Source: Heterodontus francisci
Taxonomy: Eukaryota
Assembly (NCBI RefSeq): GCF_036365525.1
Contig: NW_027140825.1
Location: 1,364,001 to 1,428,000, forward strand
DNA: 64,000 nt
Direction of reading: 5' to 3'
Position numbers and translations under genes: made by a program
In this document: positions 60,831 to 64,000 of the stretch, one piece after another
Layout: each line of letters begins with the position of its first letter
How positions within the stretch are numbered: the stretch's first letter is position 1
The notes under the pieces: model-generated
Told to the model about the DNA's origin: nothing
Database searches by the model: none
What the model saw: the letters and a program-made list of their open reading frames with translations, nothing else

Positions 60831-61309
60831 CTCCTGTGATGCAGTGTTAGAGGGGGCCAATTTGCTACCAATAATATTGTCCTCCTCGGCACAGATGCCA
60901 CCGGATGTAAGGAACTATGCATAATGATCCAACAACAAAGCATGTGCTTAGACTACACAGGTCAATGTGTTGAACAAATGAGAAACATTTCATTGGCTAG
61001 TATTGGGTTTTGTTTTGGTGACATCCTGGGACTGTGCAGAGGACAACCTCTGATGTCCAGAAGGGCAGAACTGCACAGTCAGAGGGGGCAATCCTCAGCA
61101 ATGATTATCCTCCAATCAAAATTGCTCCGACAATAACCACAGATGATCTGGACATTATTGCCTGTTTGATGGATCTTGCTTTGTAGAAACTGGCTGCCAC
61201 TGTTCCTATCTTGCAACAGTGGCTGCACTTTGAAGAAGTACTAGCAACGAATATGGGATTAGTAAAGCACTCGGGTTCTTGGGCTTTATAAATGGAAGCA
61301 TGGAGCACA

Positions 61310-61875
61310 AGCGCTGGGAAGCTATGATGAACATTTCCAAAGCTCTGGTTAGGCTGTAACTGGAAGTTTGCGTTCAGTTCTGGTCACCACACTTCAGGAA
61401 GGATGTGAGTGTCCATGACAGGGTGCAGAGGAGATTTTACCAGAATGGTTCCAGGGATGTTACATGGTTATTTTGGAGAATCTGGGGTTGTTTACCTTGG
61501 TGCAAAGGCAATTGAGAGGAGATCTGATAGAGGAAACAAGATTGTGACAGTGTTAGTTGAGGTAGACAGAGTAAACCTGTTCCCATTAGTGGATGGTGCA
61601 AGGACTATTGGTCAAAGATTGATGATTCTGGACAATAGATACTGGGGTATTTGAGGAAGAACCTCTATACACAGTGAGTGGTAACAACAGGGAATTCACT
61701 GCCTACCAGGGTGTTGGAAGTGGAGACAATGAATGATTTCAAAAGGAAATTGAATGGATACCTGAAGGAGATAATCTTGCTGGGCCGCAGGGATAGAGAG
61801 GGGGAATGGGCTTGACAGGATTGCATGGACTCGATGGGCCGAATGGCCTCCTTCTGTACCATACTGGCTGTATGA
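61310..61875 (+). mobile_element. CR1 LINE 3' fragment
   Basis: Similar to 11860-12445. Confidence 0.8.
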
Positions 61876-62066
61876 CTTTCTGGCTAACTGACTGTAAAGT
61901 GTTTTCAGATGACATGGTGTTGCAAAGGTCACCAATAGGGATACACAGGGGCTCGATGGTTTGCTGAGCTTTCCAGACGATGCTTCTCACAGGTGGGTGT
62001 TTTAGGGGCAGGTTGGGAGAGTGAGGATGTTTTTGTCTCACTCTGCCGCAGGGTTGTATCGCTGTG

Positions 62067-62686
62067 CCCATACTCGCTGCACAGTAGTAGGTCGCAGTGT
62101 CTGTCGGCTGGGGGTCGACCAGCTGCAGGGAGAATCGGTTGCTTGCAGAGTCTTGTTGCACAGTGAACCGCTTCTCAAAGCCTGGCCCACAGCTGCCGTG
62201 CTCATTGCACATCCACTTTACTGCCTTCCCCTCCTGCCTGTACCAGTGCATGGTGTAGCTGCCCATGCTGGCTCCCTCCAAGCTGCAGCCGAGGGCGAGG
62301 GGCTTCCCCGGTCGAATAGAAGCCGCAGCTGGAGTCTGGATCACAGTGGGTGCAGACTGAACCCCTGGAACACATTCCATAAAAGAAAGTAATTCAGAAT
62401 CATGGAAGGAAAATGGTAGCATAAATCATAAAATCTAACAGAATAGAAAGAGGCCGTTCTGCCCATCGTATCTGCTGTTTGAAAGAGCTATCGAGTTAGT
62501 CGCACTTGCCCCTGCTCCTACCCCATTGCCCTCCCAATTTCCCTGCTCCAAGCCCTGATCCAATAGCCATTTGGGAGATTACTATTGAATCTACTTCCAC
62601 CTGCTGAAGGGATAGTACTTACACCAAATCCAATGTCCAAGCAATAAGATGACCAAGATTGAGATGTTTTTAGCTGAGAGTGCCAT
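62067..62686 (-). CDS. TRBV: TRBV gene, VH-like family (leader 62623-62686, V exon 62067-62364)
   Basis: Leader MALSAKNISILVILLLGHWIW. V exon GVQS..CSLEGASMGSYTMHWYRQ..DTATYYCAASM. RSS CACAGCG-23-ACAAAAACA. Confidence 0.93.
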
Positions 62687-62959
62687 CGCCCTTCTCAGAA
62701 GCAGAGAGGCAGCCCTTACTGAGCAACAAGCCAGCGCCTGGTAAATGGAAATGCCACCACTTGTGATGAAGAGAGTGGAATGATTGGCCGCCCATCCTGT
62801 ACCTCGACCACGCCTGTCAGCAGAGTGAACAAATGAGGAGCACTTCCGTCGGCAACATTGCTGTTATTTATGCAGATTGCTGCAAGCCCCTTAGCCCGAC
62901 TTTCCCTCTTCCCTTCCCAACATTCCCACCTTTCCTTCGATGGAATATTGCCTTATTTT

Positions 62960-64000
62960 TTGATTGGCTGACCATGCGAAAGTTAGGTAGGAAAACAAAT
63001 TGTGAGGAGGGCACAAAGAGTCTGCAGAGGGTTATAGATAGGTTAAGTGAGTTGGGCAAAAAATTGGCAGATGGAGTATACTGTGGGCAAATGTGAGCTT
63101 GCCCAATTTGGCAGGAAGAATGGGAATTCAGAATATTATTTAAATAGAGAGAGACTGCAGGACTCCACAGTACAGAGGGATCTGGGTGTCCTGGTACATG
63201 AATCACAAAAAGTCAGCATGTAGTTACAGCGCGTGATTAGGAAGGCAAATGAAATGTTGTTGTTTATTGCAAGGGGAATCGAATTCAAAAGTAGGGAAGT
63301 GTTGCTACAGCTGTACAGGGCCTTAGTTAGAATTAGAATTAGAATATTACAGCGCAGTACAGGCCCTTCGGCCCTCGATGTTGCGCCGATCATCTGACCT
63401 ACACTATTCCATTTACATCCATATGTCTATCCAATGACCACTTAAATGCCCTTAAAGTTGGCGAGTCTGGAGTAATGTGGACTGTTTTGGTCTGAATAAT
63501 TGTCTTATGAGGAAATGTTGAGCAGTTTGAGCCGATACCCACTGGAGTTTAGAAGAATGAGAGGTGATCTTATCGAAACATGTCATATTTTAAGGGGGAT
63601 TGACAGCGTGGAAACCGAGAGGATGTTTCCCCCTGGTGGGCGAATCTAGAACTGGGCAGCATAATTTCAAAATAAGTGATTGGCAGATGGAGTATAATGT
63701 GGGGAAAATTGAGGTTGTTCACTTTGGTTGCAAGAATATAACTTTTTACAAGGCGTGAATCTTCTCGATGTTGCTGTTCAGAGAAAATTGGGTGTCCCCC
63801 TACATGAAACACAGTAACTTCACATGCAGGTGCAGCTAGAAATTAGCAAGGCAAATGGCCTGTTGGCCTTTATTGCAAGTGGGATTGGAGTACAGGAATA
63901 AGGAAGTCTTGTTACAATTGGCCAGTGCTTTGGTAAGATCACATCTGCCTTACTGTACGCAGTTTTGGTCTCCACATCCGAGGAAGGCTACACTTGCCTT
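62960..64000 (+). mobile_element. Mosaic of CR1 LINE fragments
   Basis: LQRVIDRLSE.., gatctgggtgtcctggtaca and related CR1 sequence, with an inverted tail insertion at about 63330-63470. Confidence 0.75.

Overview
This is cartilaginous-fish (shark-like) genomic DNA containing most of a translocon-type T-cell receptor beta (TRB) locus on the minus strand. It holds six V segments with 23-RSS (41.5-62.7 kb), one D segment (GGGACAACAGGGA, 12/23-RSS, 31466-31478), about 23 J segments or relics with 12-RSS (11.5-31 kb) and a four-exon C-beta gene (8330-11467). Intergenic DNA is rich in CR1, L2 and RTE LINE fragments, three minisatellites and one young CR1 with an open ORF2. The most notable inferred items are: (1) a candidate E-beta enhancer and convergent CTCF motifs bracketing the D-J-C domain; (2) an inverted copy, downstream of C, of the upstream flank of a TRBV30-like (CAWS) V gene, running into an assembly gap; (3) a donor-less J reading in frame into C; (4) a duplicated five-J cassette with reciprocal inactivation; (5) a VH-like V with a CDR2 cysteine pair; (6) possible heavily decayed VJ-type Ig domains on the opposite strand between V and D. 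All assignments were made by eye, and no database searches were run.
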